From an uncultured Verrucomicrobiota bacterium (GTDB lineage Bacteria > Verrucomicrobiota > Kiritimatiellia > RZYC01): a stretch of 64,000 nt of DNA. The position numbers and the translations under genes were made by a program. Where the stretch lies: positions 4,786-68,785 of the forward strand of contig CAZISY010000005.1 in assembly GCA_964542025.1 (NCBI GenBank), in the 5' to 3' direction. The notes beneath the pieces are model-generated. The model did no database searches and was not told the origin of the DNA. It saw nothing but the letters and a program-made list of their open reading frames with translations. Positions 1 to 9,664 of the stretch are shown here, piece after piece (position 1 is the first letter of the stretch; each line of letters starts with the position of its first letter).

Positions 1-5
1 AACCC

Positions 6-1688
6 GTGCAGGCGCTCCTGTTCCTGCTGAGTGCCGTTCCGGTGATCAGCCTGGGGCTGTTTTGCTTACGCCGCCGCTTTGCCATTCGTGTACACTTTCC
101 TTACTGGGCCAAACTACTCGCCTTTTTTATTCCGCTGGCCGTGATGGTGGTTCTCGTAACCGGGCAGCGCGTCGAGCATGTTTTCCGGCGCGATAATCAG
201 AATGAGTATCTGCTGCGGCTGGCCAATCTGGCGCGCGCGGTGGTCAACTGCGTGCCATCGGAACGGCTGGAGCGTCTTTGCAATCCCACTGATCGCGACA
301 GCACGGAATATGAGGCCATCTATGATCAGGTCACCCGCATCGTGGACCGCGCGCATGTCGATGGCACCCCGAAGTGGATCATTCACAAGATACGCGATGG
401 AAAGTATTACTTCGGCATCAATATCTGGCGCGGAGCACTGTACGAACCCTATATCGTGCCTTCCGACCGCCGCATGTTTTTTGATGTGTTGGAGCAGAAA
501 GCGCCGCAGTACGGCCGCTATTTTGATGAGCAGGGCGAATGGTTCAGTTATCTCTTTCCCATTACGAATGCCCAGGGTCGTGCAGATCATGTTATCGAAC
601 TCTATCGGGTGGCCGAGGAGATGGATCGCGCCGGGGATGCCGCGCGGGCGCAGATGCTGCGCATCCTCAGCGTCGTGATTCTGGTGACCGTTGTACTGGT
701 TTTTCTCTTTGCCCGAATCCTGGTACGTCCTCTGGAGCGTCTGACCCAGGCCGTGCATTCCGTGAGCCGCGGTGATTTCGAGCATCGGGTTGATGTGCGA
801 AGCCGCGATGAAATCGGCGAGCTTTCGCACGATTTCAATCAGATGACCCGTGAGTTGAAGGCGTATATGGAGGATCTGAAAACCACGACGGCCGCCAAGG
901 AGCGCATGGAAGGGGATATCCGCCTCGCGCGCGAAGTTCAGCAGGGCATTATCCCGAAAGTGTTTCCGCCGTTTCCCGATCTGCCCGGCATCGAAATTTA
1001 TGCGCGCATTGATCCGGCGCGGGAAGTGGGCGGGGATTTCTATGATTTCTTTGAAGTGGATGCGCATCACTTCGGCGTTGTGGTGGCGGATGTCTCCGGA
1101 AAAGGGGTTCCGGCCGGATTATTCATGATGGTGGCCCGTACCGTACTGCGCGGCAACGCCCGGTTTCGTCTGGATACCGCCGAGACGCTGACCTGGGTGA
1201 ACCGGCTTCTTTCCACCGACAATCCTTCGCTCATGTTTGTCACCATGTTCTACATGATTTGCGATACGCGCACCGGCCATGTCCGGTACTGTAATGCCGG
1301 ACACAATGCGCCGTTCCTGCTCCGGCACGGGGAACACGGCATTTGCGCGGAACCGCTGCCGGACGCCCCGAACGTGGTGATCGGCGTCGAATTTAATGCC
1401 GCCTTCACCGAGCAGACGTTTGAGTTGGCTCCGGGCGACGGGATCGCCATCTATACCGATGGCGTAACCGAACCAATTAATCCTGACGAACAGATGTACG
1501 GTGAAGAACGGCTCCGGCTGGCGCTCGAACGCAACGGCCTGAGCCATTTGCAAACCACATGCGACGCCATTTACAATGAAGTCTGCGCCTATCAGCAGGG
1601 CCTGGAGCAGTTCGACGATTTCACCCTGCTGCTTTTCCGGTATTTACGCGGCGAAGAAACGGCGGATAACACAAAGGAGAACGCATGA
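6..1688 (+). CDS. Membrane sensor phosphatase: two TM segments flanking a periplasmic domain, a HAMP linker and a C-terminal PP2C/SpoIIE (RsbU-like) serine phosphatase. The N-terminus may extend upstream of the window (GTG at 6).
   Basis: HAMP-like segment (LVRPLERLTQAVHSVSRGDFEHRVDV...IGELSHDFNQMTRELK) followed by PP2C signatures (AREVGGDFYDFF, VVVADVSGKGVPAGLFM, IYTDGVTE). Hydrophobic segments at residues about 1-20 and 210-235. Confidence 0.75.
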   Translation: MQALLFLLSAVPVISLGLFCLRRRFAIRVHFPYWAKLLAFFIPLAVMVVLVTGQRVEHVFRRDNQNEYLLRLANLARAVVNCVPSERLERLCNPTDRDSTEYEAIYDQVTRIVDRAHVDGTPKWIIHKIRDGKYYFGINIWRGALYEPYIVPSDRRMFFDVLEQKAPQYGRYFDEQGEWFSYLFPITNAQGRADHVIELYRVAEEMDRAGDAARAQMLRILSVVILVTVVLVFLFARILVRPLERLTQAVHSVSRGDFEHRVDVRSRDEIGELSHDFNQMTRELKAYMEDLKTTTAAKERMEGDIRLAREVQQGIIPKVFPPFPDLPGIEIYARIDPAREVGGDFYDFFEVDAHHFGVVVADVSGKGVPAGLFMMVARTVLRGNARFRLDTAETLTWVNRLLSTDNPSLMFVTMFYMICDTRTGHVRYCNAGHNAPFLLRHGEHGICAEPLPDAPNVVIGVEFNAAFTEQTFELAPGDGIAIYTDGVTEPINPDEQMYGEERLRLALERNGLSHLQTTCDAIYNEVCAYQQGLEQFDDFTLLLFRYLRGEETADNTKENA

Positions 1689-2047
1689 AGCTGGAAATGC
1701 GGATGGAGAAAAATGCCGGCGGACTGTGGCATTGCGCGCTGAACGGAGCCCTGAAAACCGATACCTTTCGGGACTGTGAAAACCGCTTTGATGCCTCTCC
1801 GTGGGCGGACATTTCCGTGCTGATTCTGGATTTGCGCGGGCTCGCCTACATCAGCAGCAGCGGGGTTCGCCTGCTTTTTAAGGTACGCAGAAATCTGAAT
1901 GATCACGGTGGAATGCTGCTGATAGTGCGTCCGCCGGAAATGGTTTTCAACATTCTGCGCATCACCAATGTGTTCGCCAAAGACCGTTTTTTCGATACGC
2001 CCGAAGCCGCCGAACAGTTTGCGGCCGGACCGGAGCGCCCTCAATAA
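1685..2047 (+). CDS. STAS-domain anti-sigma factor antagonist (SpoIIAA/RsbV-like). The likely substrate of the upstream PP2C phosphatase.
   Basis: The ATG overlaps the upstream stop (ATGA). Motif ...DISVLILDLRGLAYISSSGVRLLFKVRRNLNDHGGMLLIVRPPEMVFNILRITNVFAKDRFF is typical of STAS anti-anti-sigma factors, with a phosphorylatable Ser in the ISSSG motif. Confidence 0.75.
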   Translation: MKLEMRMEKNAGGLWHCALNGALKTDTFRDCENRFDASPWADISVLILDLRGLAYISSSGVRLLFKVRRNLNDHGGMLLIVRPPEMVFNILRITNVFAKDRFFDTPEAAEQFAAGPERPQ

Positions 2048-2169
2048 TTTTGCACATTTTTCATCCATGATCCGTCGGGTTGGCGTATATTTCTTCCCAT
2101 TGGCCGGTGGGTTGCCGTCCCCGGTTCCGGTTCAGGAGCCGCACAACGAACTGCTAGCAGGAGAAGGAA

Positions 2170-3381
2170 ATGAGTGTTGATTTCAATGCCATTCTGAAAA
2201 AGGCCGAAGCCTACAAACCCCAAATGTCCAAATTCCTCCGCGACATGATCGCCATTCCGAGCGAAAGCGGAAAAGAACGCGAAGTGATCCAGCGCATCAA
2301 ACAGGAAATGGAAACGGTGGGCTTTGACCGCATCGAAATTGACGGAATGGGCAACATCCTCGGATGGATCGGCAAAGGCAAACATCTCGTCGCCCTCGAT
2401 GCGCACATTGATACGGTCGGCATCGGCGATCGCGGTCTCTGGAAATTTGATCCATACAAAGGCATGGAAAATGATGAAGTGATCGGCGGACGCGGCGGGT
2501 CCGACCAGGAAGGCGGCATGGCCTCCATGGTATATGCCGGGAAAATCATCAGGGATTTGAAACTCGAAAATGATTTCACGCTGTTGGTGACCGGCACCGT
2601 GATGGAAGAAGATTGCGACGGACTCTGCTGGCAGTACATCATCAAAGAAAGCGGGATACGCCCGGAATTTGTGGTCTCCACCGAACCAACCTCCTGCCGG
2701 ATTTACCGCGGGCACCGCGGGCGCATGGAAATCACCGTCACCATCAAAGGGCTTTCCTGCCACGGCTCCGCGCCCGAACGCGGCGATAACGCCATCTACA
2801 AAATGGCGCGCATTGCCCTGGAAATCGAAAAGCTGAACGAACGCCTTGCCTATGACGCATTTCTGGGCAAAGGCACCGTCACAGCCACGCAGTTCTTCTT
2901 CTCGTCGCCCTCGCAATGCGCCGTCCCCGACTCCGCCACCATTCAGGTCGACCGCCGGCTGACCGTGGGCGAGACCGAGGAAATTGCCTGTGCCGAACTC
3001 AAAGATGCCGCCGCGCGTGCCGGATATCCGGATGCCGTAGTCGAGGTGCTGACCTACAGCCAGCCTGCGTTTACCGGTCTCGTGTATCCCACGAAAAAAT
3101 ACTATCCCACCTGGGTCATTCCGGAAACCGCCGCTCCCACGCAAACACTGGTAACCGCGTACAAGGGACTTTTCAATAAAGAGCCGGTGGTGGATAAATG
3201 GACGTTCTCAACAAACGGCGTGGCCATCATGGGCATGCACGGCATTCCGGTGGTTGGATTTGGACCGGGACACGAAGATCAGGCGCATGCGCCCAATGAA
3301 TTGACGTGGAAATCCGAACTGGTTCAGGCCGCCGCCATGTATGCCGCCATCCCGGCGCTCTACTGCGAACGCATGAAATAA
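2170..3381 (+). CDS. M20-family metallopeptidase/deacylase (ArgE/DapE/YgeY-like)
   Basis: M20 hallmarks: [29 protein letters not shown], and a dimerisation-domain insert. An SD (GGAGAAGGA) precedes the ATG. Confidence 0.7.
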   Translation: MSVDFNAILKKAEAYKPQMSKFLRDMIAIPSESGKEREVIQRIKQEMETVGFDRIEIDGMGNILGWIGKGKHLVALDAHIDTVGIGDRGLWKFDPYKGMENDEVIGGRGGSDQEGGMASMVYAGKIIRDLKLENDFTLLVTGTVMEEDCDGLCWQYIIKESGIRPEFVVSTEPTSCRIYRGHRGRMEITVTIKGLSCHGSAPERGDNAIYKMARIALEIEKLNERLAYDAFLGKGTVTATQFFFSSPSQCAVPDSATIQVDRRLTVGETEEIACAELKDAAARAGYPDAVVEVLTYSQPAFTGLVYPTKKYYPTWVIPETAAPTQTLVTAYKGLFNKEPVVDKWTFSTNGVAIMGMHGIPVVGFGPGHEDQAHAPNELTWKSELVQAAAMYAAIPALYCERMK

Positions 3382-3624
3382 CGGGCGATCCGGCGAGGCC
3401 GACTTTCCAACGGATGGAAACTCCGACGAAAAGAAATGCCGCACACCAAAGCGTTTTGTCGGTGGCATTCATCGTGGGAGATAAGGCTGCGTGTTGCAGG
3501 TATTGTGGTACCTCCTGCTTGACGCCGCAAAATATGGTATGTTAGGTTTCGCACCACTGGTTATTTACAGGGTGATGATTCTATTAGCGTGGTCGCTGAT
3601 CCATATTTGGAGTAGGGAGGTTGG

Positions 3625-4080
3625 ATGCGTTGTCCCAAATGCTCACACACGGATGATAAAGTGATCGATAGCCGTACCGTACGCAATGGCGACGTAATCC
3701 GCAGGCGGCGGGTCTGTTTGGAATGCGGTCATCGTTTTACCACCTACGAGGAAGTCATTAAATCCGCTCTGCGCGTGATCAAGCGCGATGGACGGCATGA
3801 AGACCTGGATCGGAATAAAATGCTGGCCGGGGTGACGCGTGCCTGTGAAAAACGCCCAATCAGCAGTATTCAGATTGAAACGCTTATTGACACCGTACTG
3901 AATGAAATTGATACGGAGTTTGAACGGGAAGTGCCGACCACTGTCATTGGCAAGAAGGTGATGGACAAGTTGGAAAGTCTGGACGAAGTCGCTTACGTGC
4001 GATTTGCTTCGGTGTACAGGCGCTTCAAGGACGTGAATCAATTCCTCAGTGAGGTGGAAGGATTGATTGAACGGGGATGA
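3625..4080 (+). CDS. nrdR: Transcriptional repressor NrdR (zinc ribbon plus ATP-cone)
   Basis: N-terminus MRCPKCSHTDDKVIDSRTVRNGDVIRRRRVCLECGHRFTTYEEV is the canonical NrdR Zn-ribbon. The ATP-cone motif (KRDGRHEDLDRNKMLAGVTRAC) follows. Confidence 0.9.
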   Translation: MRCPKCSHTDDKVIDSRTVRNGDVIRRRRVCLECGHRFTTYEEVIKSALRVIKRDGRHEDLDRNKMLAGVTRACEKRPISSIQIETLIDTVLNEIDTEFEREVPTTVIGKKVMDKLESLDEVAYVRFASVYRRFKDVNQFLSEVEGLIERG

Positions 4081-4754
4081 TCTGGGACCTGCAAACGGAA
4101 AATGCTCCTGCACAACGTTTCCGACGGGCTGCTGAAGTGGAACTATCGAAACGGTGTCCTGATTTGGCCGAACAAAGCGACTGGTTGTACGAAACATCGG
4201 AAATGCTTACGGAGCTTTGCGGGAGATGGTATCCGACCTATCAGGTTCCGGCTAATCATTATGGTATTTTACTGGCCCAATTGCTCTGGATGATGAACCG
4301 CAAGGCGGAGGCGGAGGCCGCTCTTCAGCAGTGGTGTTCTCCGGAGGTGGCTCTTTTATGCCGTCCGGGTGTAGGCATGGAGGCCTGCCGAGGGCGCCTA
4401 ATCCTTCATGAGGCTGGGGTGGTCCGGGGAGCGTCGTGGGCTTTTATGGGCACGGGTCGCGGGTGGATCATTGATTTGTCGCGTATTTCTCCCGACCGTT
4501 CCATATTGCTGGAACTTACCATCAGCGCCCTTTTGAGAAAAATGATCAGCGAATTGGCTTCGGTTTGGGATGCTTCTTCCGGGGATGGATGGCTTGGCTT
4601 GAGCGGTACGGATCGCTTCGTTACAAAGCGTTCGTGGCGCGGCAGGGGAACTGATGGGCAGGATCTGTGCGGGTATTCGGAGCGCATATTGAGGCATCTG
4701 GCATCGCAACGCGGTTGGGCCCGAGTGCCTGATGTGAAGAAACTGACGATTTAA
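4077..4754 (+). CDS. Hypothetical protein (Trp/Arg-rich, no recognisable domain), translationally coupled to nrdR
   Basis: The ATG overlaps the nrdR stop (ATGA). It is a long ORF in a coding-dense region, and the opposite-strand ORFs look like junk. No motif recognised. Confidence 0.4.
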   Translation: MIWDLQTENAPAQRFRRAAEVELSKRCPDLAEQSDWLYETSEMLTELCGRWYPTYQVPANHYGILLAQLLWMMNRKAEAEAALQQWCSPEVALLCRPGVGMEACRGRLILHEAGVVRGASWAFMGTGRGWIIDLSRISPDRSILLELTISALLRKMISELASVWDASSGDGWLGLSGTDRFVTKRSWRGRGTDGQDLCGYSERILRHLASQRGWARVPDVKKLTI

Positions 4755-4833
4755 GCCATTGACTTTTCATTCAGTTCTGCTACAAAGCGCCTCTCATTCA
4801 AATGGGGTTTATCTACGAATTCTGGAGTTTTAT

Positions 4834-4989
4834 ATGTCCAAGCATCCGAGTCTGAAGGGATCCAATAAAATTCAAGCCAAGCGCAACGTGTTGAAACGGT
4901 TTGAGCGTATTGATGTGTTGACGGACAATGGCAAATGGAAAGAGGGAGACCGTGCAACAGGACTCCCAAAAACGAAGCCCGTTGAATAA
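4834..4989 (+). CDS. Possible small basic protein (51 aa; MSKHPSLKGSNKIQAKRNVLKRFERIDVL...)
   Basis: A short ORF with a basic, ribosome-associated-protein-like composition. Its stop overlaps a possible alternative TTG start of the downstream pseudouridine synthase at 4982. No family recognised. Confidence 0.2.
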   Translation: MSKHPSLKGSNKIQAKRNVLKRFERIDVLTDNGKWKEGDRATGLPKTKPVE

Positions 4990-5734
4990 TACGGCCGCTG
5001 TTCGTTTGCAGAAATACCTGGCGGAGTGCGGGGTGGGTTCACGCCGTGCCTGTGAGAGGCTGATAGCATCCGGCGCGGTGAGCGTGGATGGTGATTCCGT
5101 TTTGGACCAGGGGGTTCGGGTGGTACCCGGGCGTCAGCGCATCTGTGTGAGCGGTCGGGAAGTGGGGGCTCAGCGGCTGGTGTATCTCCTTATAAACAAG
5201 CCCGTCGATGTGTTATGTACCTCATCGGATGAAGCGGGCCGGCGTACTATCCACGCACTGCTGCCCGATTTGGGGATCCGAGTTTACAATGTAGGCCGCC
5301 TGGATCGGCAGAGCGAGGGGTTGCTGCTTGTTACGAATGACGGGGATTTGGCAGCACGCCTGATGCATCCCCGTTATCATGTGGGCAAGGAATACCTGGT
5401 GTGGTGTACGAAAACGCTATCCGATGGAGAGTTGCAATCCATGCGGGATGGTCTCGTATGCCAGGGCGATTGCTTGCGCGCCAGTGAAATACATCTCGAC
5501 CACACGGCTGACGATACCTATTGTTACTCCGTTCTGCTCCACGAGGGAAAAAACCGGCAAATCCGCCGGATGTTTGCCGCATTGTACGTTCCGGTTGTGC
5601 GTTTGCTTCGAGTGGCAATCGGCCCGCTTCGTCTTGAGGATTTAAAGCCGGGAGAATGGAGGCATATGGCCGAGGCGGAAATCAGGGAACTGTATGCTCT
5701 AACGAACGAACTGCGGGATCGGGCATCTGACTGA
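4928..5734 (+). CDS. RsuA/RluB-family rRNA pseudouridine synthase (S4 domain plus PseudoU_synth_2). An alternative start at TTG 4982 is possible.
   Basis: S4 domain (VRLQKYLAECGVGSRRACERLIASGAVSVDG) and the catalytic motif VGRLDRQSEGLLLVTNDGDLAARLMHP. Confidence 0.8.
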   Translation: MANGKRETVQQDSQKRSPLNNTAAVRLQKYLAECGVGSRRACERLIASGAVSVDGDSVLDQGVRVVPGRQRICVSGREVGAQRLVYLLINKPVDVLCTSSDEAGRRTIHALLPDLGIRVYNVGRLDRQSEGLLLVTNDGDLAARLMHPRYHVGKEYLVWCTKTLSDGELQSMRDGLVCQGDCLRASEIHLDHTADDTYCYSVLLHEGKNRQIRRMFAALYVPVVRLLRVAIGPLRLEDLKPGEWRHMAEAEIRELYALTNELRDRASD

Positions 5735-5802
5735 AGGGCTTGGGCCTGTTCTCGTCAGATAAATGTAAAAGCCGGGGCCTCAAGCCGCAGTGAAAGGGAA
5801 AA

Positions 5803-6279
5803 ATGGCGCGAAGATACGATATACAAGGCACGAATAACTACATCATTGCTGCGTCCGTTTTTCTTCTGATTGGAGCATGGCATTTTATTGATGGATGGTT
5901 CCCGAGGCAATCGGTTCGGGATATTCATCCCAAAGAAGTGGTTGTCAAAGCCTCGGCTGCCGGCGTGGTTGCGAAAATAGAAATTGCGCTTCAACAGGAA
6001 GTTGCTGATGCGGTCCCTCTAATCAGGCTGAAAACCGTTGAAACGCCGGCCAAAGAGATCACGCTGAGTATGCAGGATGAACTGAATCCGAAAGCCAAGG
6101 TGCATAGCGGCGAGGTGGCGGAAATTCATGTTCAGGAGAAAGCTCAAGTCTCTATAGGTCAGCCGTTGGTTACGTTGAAAGCCACGCGCGACAGTTACTA
6201 TCTGTACAACAAGACTACGGCTGTCATCACGTTGCTTGGCGCCCTGATTTGCGGGATCATCCACCGGCTCGTTCGGTAA
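5803..6279 (+). CDS. Hypothetical membrane protein with a biotinyl/lipoyl-like barrel-sandwich segment
   Basis: N- and C-terminal hydrophobic helices. The central SGEVAEIHVQEKAQVSIGQPLVTLKA resembles a lipoyl/HlyD barrel-sandwich hybrid motif. Confidence 0.4.
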   Translation: MARRYDIQGTNNYIIAASVFLLIGAWHFIDGWFPRQSVRDIHPKEVVVKASAAGVVAKIEIALQQEVADAVPLIRLKTVETPAKEITLSMQDELNPKAKVHSGEVAEIHVQEKAQVSIGQPLVTLKATRDSYYLYNKTTAVITLLGALICGIIHRLVR

Positions 6280-6427
6280 TTACGTAACATCTTGAGAAGA
6301 AAAGCGTTATTTAAACTTGACGATTTTTCGCTTAATCGTACCATTTCACATTATCACTGTTAGGCGGAACAAGTTGTAACAAACGGGAACGAGTACTTCG
6401 CTGGTACGGGATTGAAGGAGCTGAGTT

Positions 6428-6781
6428 ATGACCTTGACGAAAAGAGATTTAGTAATGCGCATTTCGGAAGAAACAAATCTCATTCAACAGGATGTCTACG
6501 TCGTGCTCCAGAAATCGTTGGATTACATCATGGAAGCCCTGGCTCGGGGAGAAAATGTGGAGTTTCGCAATTTTGGTGTTTTTGAAGTCCAGGAACGCAA
6601 GGCGCGAATTGGACGTAATCCAAATAAACCCAGTGATGTGGTGACTATTCCGCCGCGGAAAGTGGTGAAGTTCAAATCCGGGAAGGTGATGAAAGATATG
6701 ATCACCTCGCAAAAACCGATCAGCAGCATTCGGCAATCTCCGGTTCCTGATTTCAACGTTGCTGAGTCGGAATCCCTGTAA
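6428..6781 (+). CDS. HU/IHF-family nucleoid-associated DNA-binding protein
   Basis: MTLTKRDLVMRISEETNLIQQDVYVVLQKSLDYIMEALARGENVEFRNFGVFEVQERKARIGRNPNKPSDVVTIPPRKVVKFKSGK has the HU/IHF fold signature (GFG.F, R.GRNP.T). Confidence 0.85.
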   Translation: MTLTKRDLVMRISEETNLIQQDVYVVLQKSLDYIMEALARGENVEFRNFGVFEVQERKARIGRNPNKPSDVVTIPPRKVVKFKSGKVMKDMITSQKPISSIRQSPVPDFNVAESESL

Positions 6782-6860
6782 CGGCCGGCGAGTCGACCGG
6801 CTTGAAAAATCCTCTTGTTTTTTAAGTTAGCGAGTGTGTGATAGTTTTTGGAGAGCGCTT

Positions 6861-8135
6861 ATGCCTTCCGATGATGTTCTGCCTGTAAAGGGCATGTCTG
6901 ATATTTCAAATCCAGAAGTGGCCCTCTGGCAGCAGATTGAAGCGCAGGCGCGGAGCGTGTTTCATTGTTTTGGCCTTTCGGAAATTCGTACGCCTATTCT
7001 GGAGCGGGAAGAATTGTTCATCCACTCGCTGGGCAATACCACGGATGTGGTCCAAAAAGAAATGTTCACGTTGGACTATCAGGGCAAAATGCGGTTGACG
7101 CTGCGGCCGGAGGGAACAGCCGGCGTCATTCGAGCGCTGGCCGGAAGCGGCCCGGATGGACGACAGGCGCGCGTTTATTATATGGGTCCCATGTTCCGGG
7201 CGGAACGACCGCAGGCGGGCCGGCGCAGGCAGTTCCATCAAATCGGTGCGGAGCTGACCGGGGAACCCAATCCTCTGGCTGATGCTGAATGTATTGCCAT
7301 GCAGGCTCAGTTGCTGAAAGCCTGGGGGTTGACGAAGTGTAAGATAAAAATCAATACGCGCGGCACACCGGAAGACCGCAACGTGGTTGCGGAAGGCTTG
7401 AGGAATGCCTTGAGCCCGTATCTTCCAATGCTTTGCGAAGATTGTCAAAGGCGCTACACGCAGAATGTATTGCGTGTATTGGATTGTAAAAATCCGAACT
7501 GCGGCAAGGTGGTGGATGGGTTGCCCCCCGTGACGTCGTTTATGACAGAGGCCTCGCGTAACTATTTTCAGCAGGTGATGGACACCCTCAAATACCTGAA
7601 TTTGGATATTGAGGAAACCCCGCGTTTGGTGCGCGGATTGGATTATTATGTGCATACCGTGTGGGAAATTGCTCATCCGGGACTTGGTGCGCAGGATGCG
7701 CTTTCGGGCGGTGGCCGTTATCAAATTATGACAAACGGGAAACCCCTGGATGGCGTGGGCTTTGCGCTGGGGATGGAGCGGGTGATTGCGGCGCTGGGTT
7801 CCGAAGGGATTCGTCCGGAAGATGTGGTGAATTACCCCAGGGCATGGCTGGTTTCCCTCGGTGAGGCGGCGCTCAAAGAGAATCTGATTTTGGCGCTTAC
7901 GCTGCGCCAGCGGAATGTCTCGTGCGGCATGGATCTCAACGGCCGAAGCATGAAGGCTCAGATGCGGGAAGCCGGAAAAGCCAATGCCTGTTATGTGATT
8001 ATTCGGGGCGATACGGAAATGGAAAACGGCGTCTTTCAAGTGAAAAAAATGGCGACCGCGGAGCAGCAGGAAATGGCGCTTCCTGAACTGATGAAACTTC
8101 TGTTGCCCGATATAGCGCCCCGTGAAGGGGTGTGA
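6861..8135 (+). CDS. hisS: Histidine--tRNA ligase (class II)
   Basis: Motifs GMSDI...ALWQ, RYYMGPMFRAERPQAGRRRQFHQIG and GGGRYQIMTNGKPLDGVGFALGMERV. The start at 6861 has a GGAGAG SD; the longer 6834 start is less likely. Confidence 0.9.
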   Translation: MPSDDVLPVKGMSDISNPEVALWQQIEAQARSVFHCFGLSEIRTPILEREELFIHSLGNTTDVVQKEMFTLDYQGKMRLTLRPEGTAGVIRALAGSGPDGRQARVYYMGPMFRAERPQAGRRRQFHQIGAELTGEPNPLADAECIAMQAQLLKAWGLTKCKIKINTRGTPEDRNVVAEGLRNALSPYLPMLCEDCQRRYTQNVLRVLDCKNPNCGKVVDGLPPVTSFMTEASRNYFQQVMDTLKYLNLDIEETPRLVRGLDYYVHTVWEIAHPGLGAQDALSGGGRYQIMTNGKPLDGVGFALGMERVIAALGSEGIRPEDVVNYPRAWLVSLGEAALKENLILALTLRQRNVSCGMDLNGRSMKAQMREAGKANACYVIIRGDTEMENGVFQVKKMATAEQQEMALPELMKLLLPDIAPREGV

Positions 8136-8193
8136 TGTCAACGTGTTACAACCAGGCGTCCGTTGAAACGCAGCGAACAGGGAGAACCATCCG

Positions 8194-8709
8194 ATGAAAA
8201 TTGCCGTGGCCGCAATGGGTGACACCTTGGAGGATCAGGTTGCTTTTCGTATGGGGCGCAATGCGTACTACCTGATTGTGGACACGGAATCCATGGAAGT
8301 GGAGCCCATAGAAAATCCGGATAAAATCGCCGGGTTTGAAGCCAGTGATGTGAGTGCCGGCCTGATGGCGGATCGGGGCGTTCAGGTGGTGCTGGCGGGG
8401 CATTGCGGACCGGAAGCGCACAAAATTTTCGGAGCGGTGCGCATTGCCGTTCTGCCGGGCATCACGGGGTCGGTGAGTGAGCTGGTACACGAGCTGCAGC
8501 AGGATTCTGAATGGTCGCGTCTGATCGCTACGGCATTAGAACCGTTTCCAGCCGATGGTGGAACTCCGACGCTCAAAAAGACAAAAGAAAAGCGGGCTGT
8601 GGTAGGCTATGAGGATCTCCTGCAGATGAAGGCGGAGATGGTGGTTATGCAGCGGAAGCTGCTGGAACTGCACCGGCGCGTCGCGGAGCTGGAGAAATCC
8701 AATGGCTGA
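8194..8709 (+). CDS. NifX/NifB-like dinitrogenase FeMo-cofactor-binding domain protein (MTH1175-like) with a C-terminal coiled-coil tail
   Basis: MKIAVAAMGDTLEDQVAFRMGRNAYYLIVDTESMEVEPIENP...ASDVSAGLMADRGVQVVLAGHCGPEAHKIFGAVRIAV matches the Nitro_FeMo-Co family pattern. The SD is GGGAGA. Confidence 0.6.
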   Translation: MKIAVAAMGDTLEDQVAFRMGRNAYYLIVDTESMEVEPIENPDKIAGFEASDVSAGLMADRGVQVVLAGHCGPEAHKIFGAVRIAVLPGITGSVSELVHELQQDSEWSRLIATALEPFPADGGTPTLKKTKEKRAVVGYEDLLQMKAEMVVMQRKLLELHRRVAELEKSNG

Positions 8710-9664
8710 ATACCGGTACCTGTTTGGTCCGGTGCCCTCGCGCCGCCTCGGGCGATCATTGGGCGTTGATTTGATTCCTTTTAAAACCTGTACGTTCAAC
8801 TGCGTCTATTGTCAGTTGGGACGCACACCCCATGTAACCCTGGAGCGTAAAGCCTATGTGCCGATTGAAGCGGTGCTGGGTGAATTGGCGGACTGGAAGA
8901 GCGCAGGCGGCCAGGCTGATGTGGTCACACTGGCCGGCTCGGGCGAGCCTACGCTGCACACGGAATTTGGACGTGTATTGGTCTGCGCGCGCGAAGAACT
9001 CCATTTGCCTTCGGTACTGCTGACGAATGGAACGCTGCTTCATCTGGAGGATGTCTGCGACCAGGCGTCTCGGGCGGATATTGTAAAAGTCACGCTCAGT
9101 GCCTGGGATGATGGTTCGCTGCAGACCTTGCACCACCCTCATTTATCCATTCGTTTTCGGGATATTTATGAGGGAGAGAAAAAGCTTCGGCACCGGATGA
9201 AGGGGCAGTTTTGGGTGGAGGTGTTTCTCGTGGGGGGTGTAAATACAGATCCGTATTCGCTCGCGGTATTGAGTCGCCTGGTGAAGGAATTGCATCCAGA
9301 CCGCATTCATGTCAATACGGCGGTGAGGCCGGCCGCCGAACGGGATGTGACAGCCGTTACACATGAAGTGTTGGAAAAAGCAGCCAATATACTGGGTCCC
9401 GCGGCGGAGATTGTTGCATCAACCGTCATAACCGAAACGTCAAGTGAAGGAATCACGGTTGAGGCAGTCTACCGATTGATTGAACGGCATCCCTGTTCCG
9501 CGCAGGATTTGGAGTGTGTGTTTAATGCCTCATCAGAGCCGGTGGAGGAGTGTCTGAACGAACTGCTGCAGGTCGGGCGGATTATTCGAGTTGAGCGCGG
9601 TAATACCGTGTATTACGGACTTCCGACGCTGAATGGGGAACGTTTTTGCGGGGAGCGGAGTTGA
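8702..9664 (+). CDS. Radical SAM enzyme (COG0731-like Fe-S oxidoreductase)
   Basis: CTFNCVYCQLG is the CxxxCxxC motif, preceded by the FGPVPSRRLGRSLGVDL motif typical of this rSAM subfamily. It overlaps the upstream gene by 8 nt. Confidence 0.75.
   Translation: MAEYRYLFGPVPSRRLGRSLGVDLIPFKTCTFNCVYCQLGRTPHVTLERKAYVPIEAVLGELADWKSAGGQADVVTLAGSGEPTLHTEFGRVLVCAREELHLPSVLLTNGTLLHLEDVCDQASRADIVKVTLSAWDDGSLQTLHHPHLSIRFRDIYEGEKKLRHRMKGQFWVEVFLVGGVNTDPYSLAVLSRLVKELHPDRIHVNTAVRPAAERDVTAVTHEVLEKAANILGPAAEIVASTVITETSSEGITVEAVYRLIERHPCSAQDLECVFNASSEPVEECLNELLQVGRIIRVERGNTVYYGLPTLNGERFCGERS

Noticed and set aside
2041-3144. 367 aa minus-strand ORF
   Set aside because: It is antisense to the well-supported M20 peptidase gene. 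It has Gly/Ala/His-rich junk composition and no motifs.
6906-8225. 439 aa minus-strand ORF
   Set aside because: It is fully antisense to hisS and His/Arg-rich low-complexity. This is the typical GC-rich antisense artefact.
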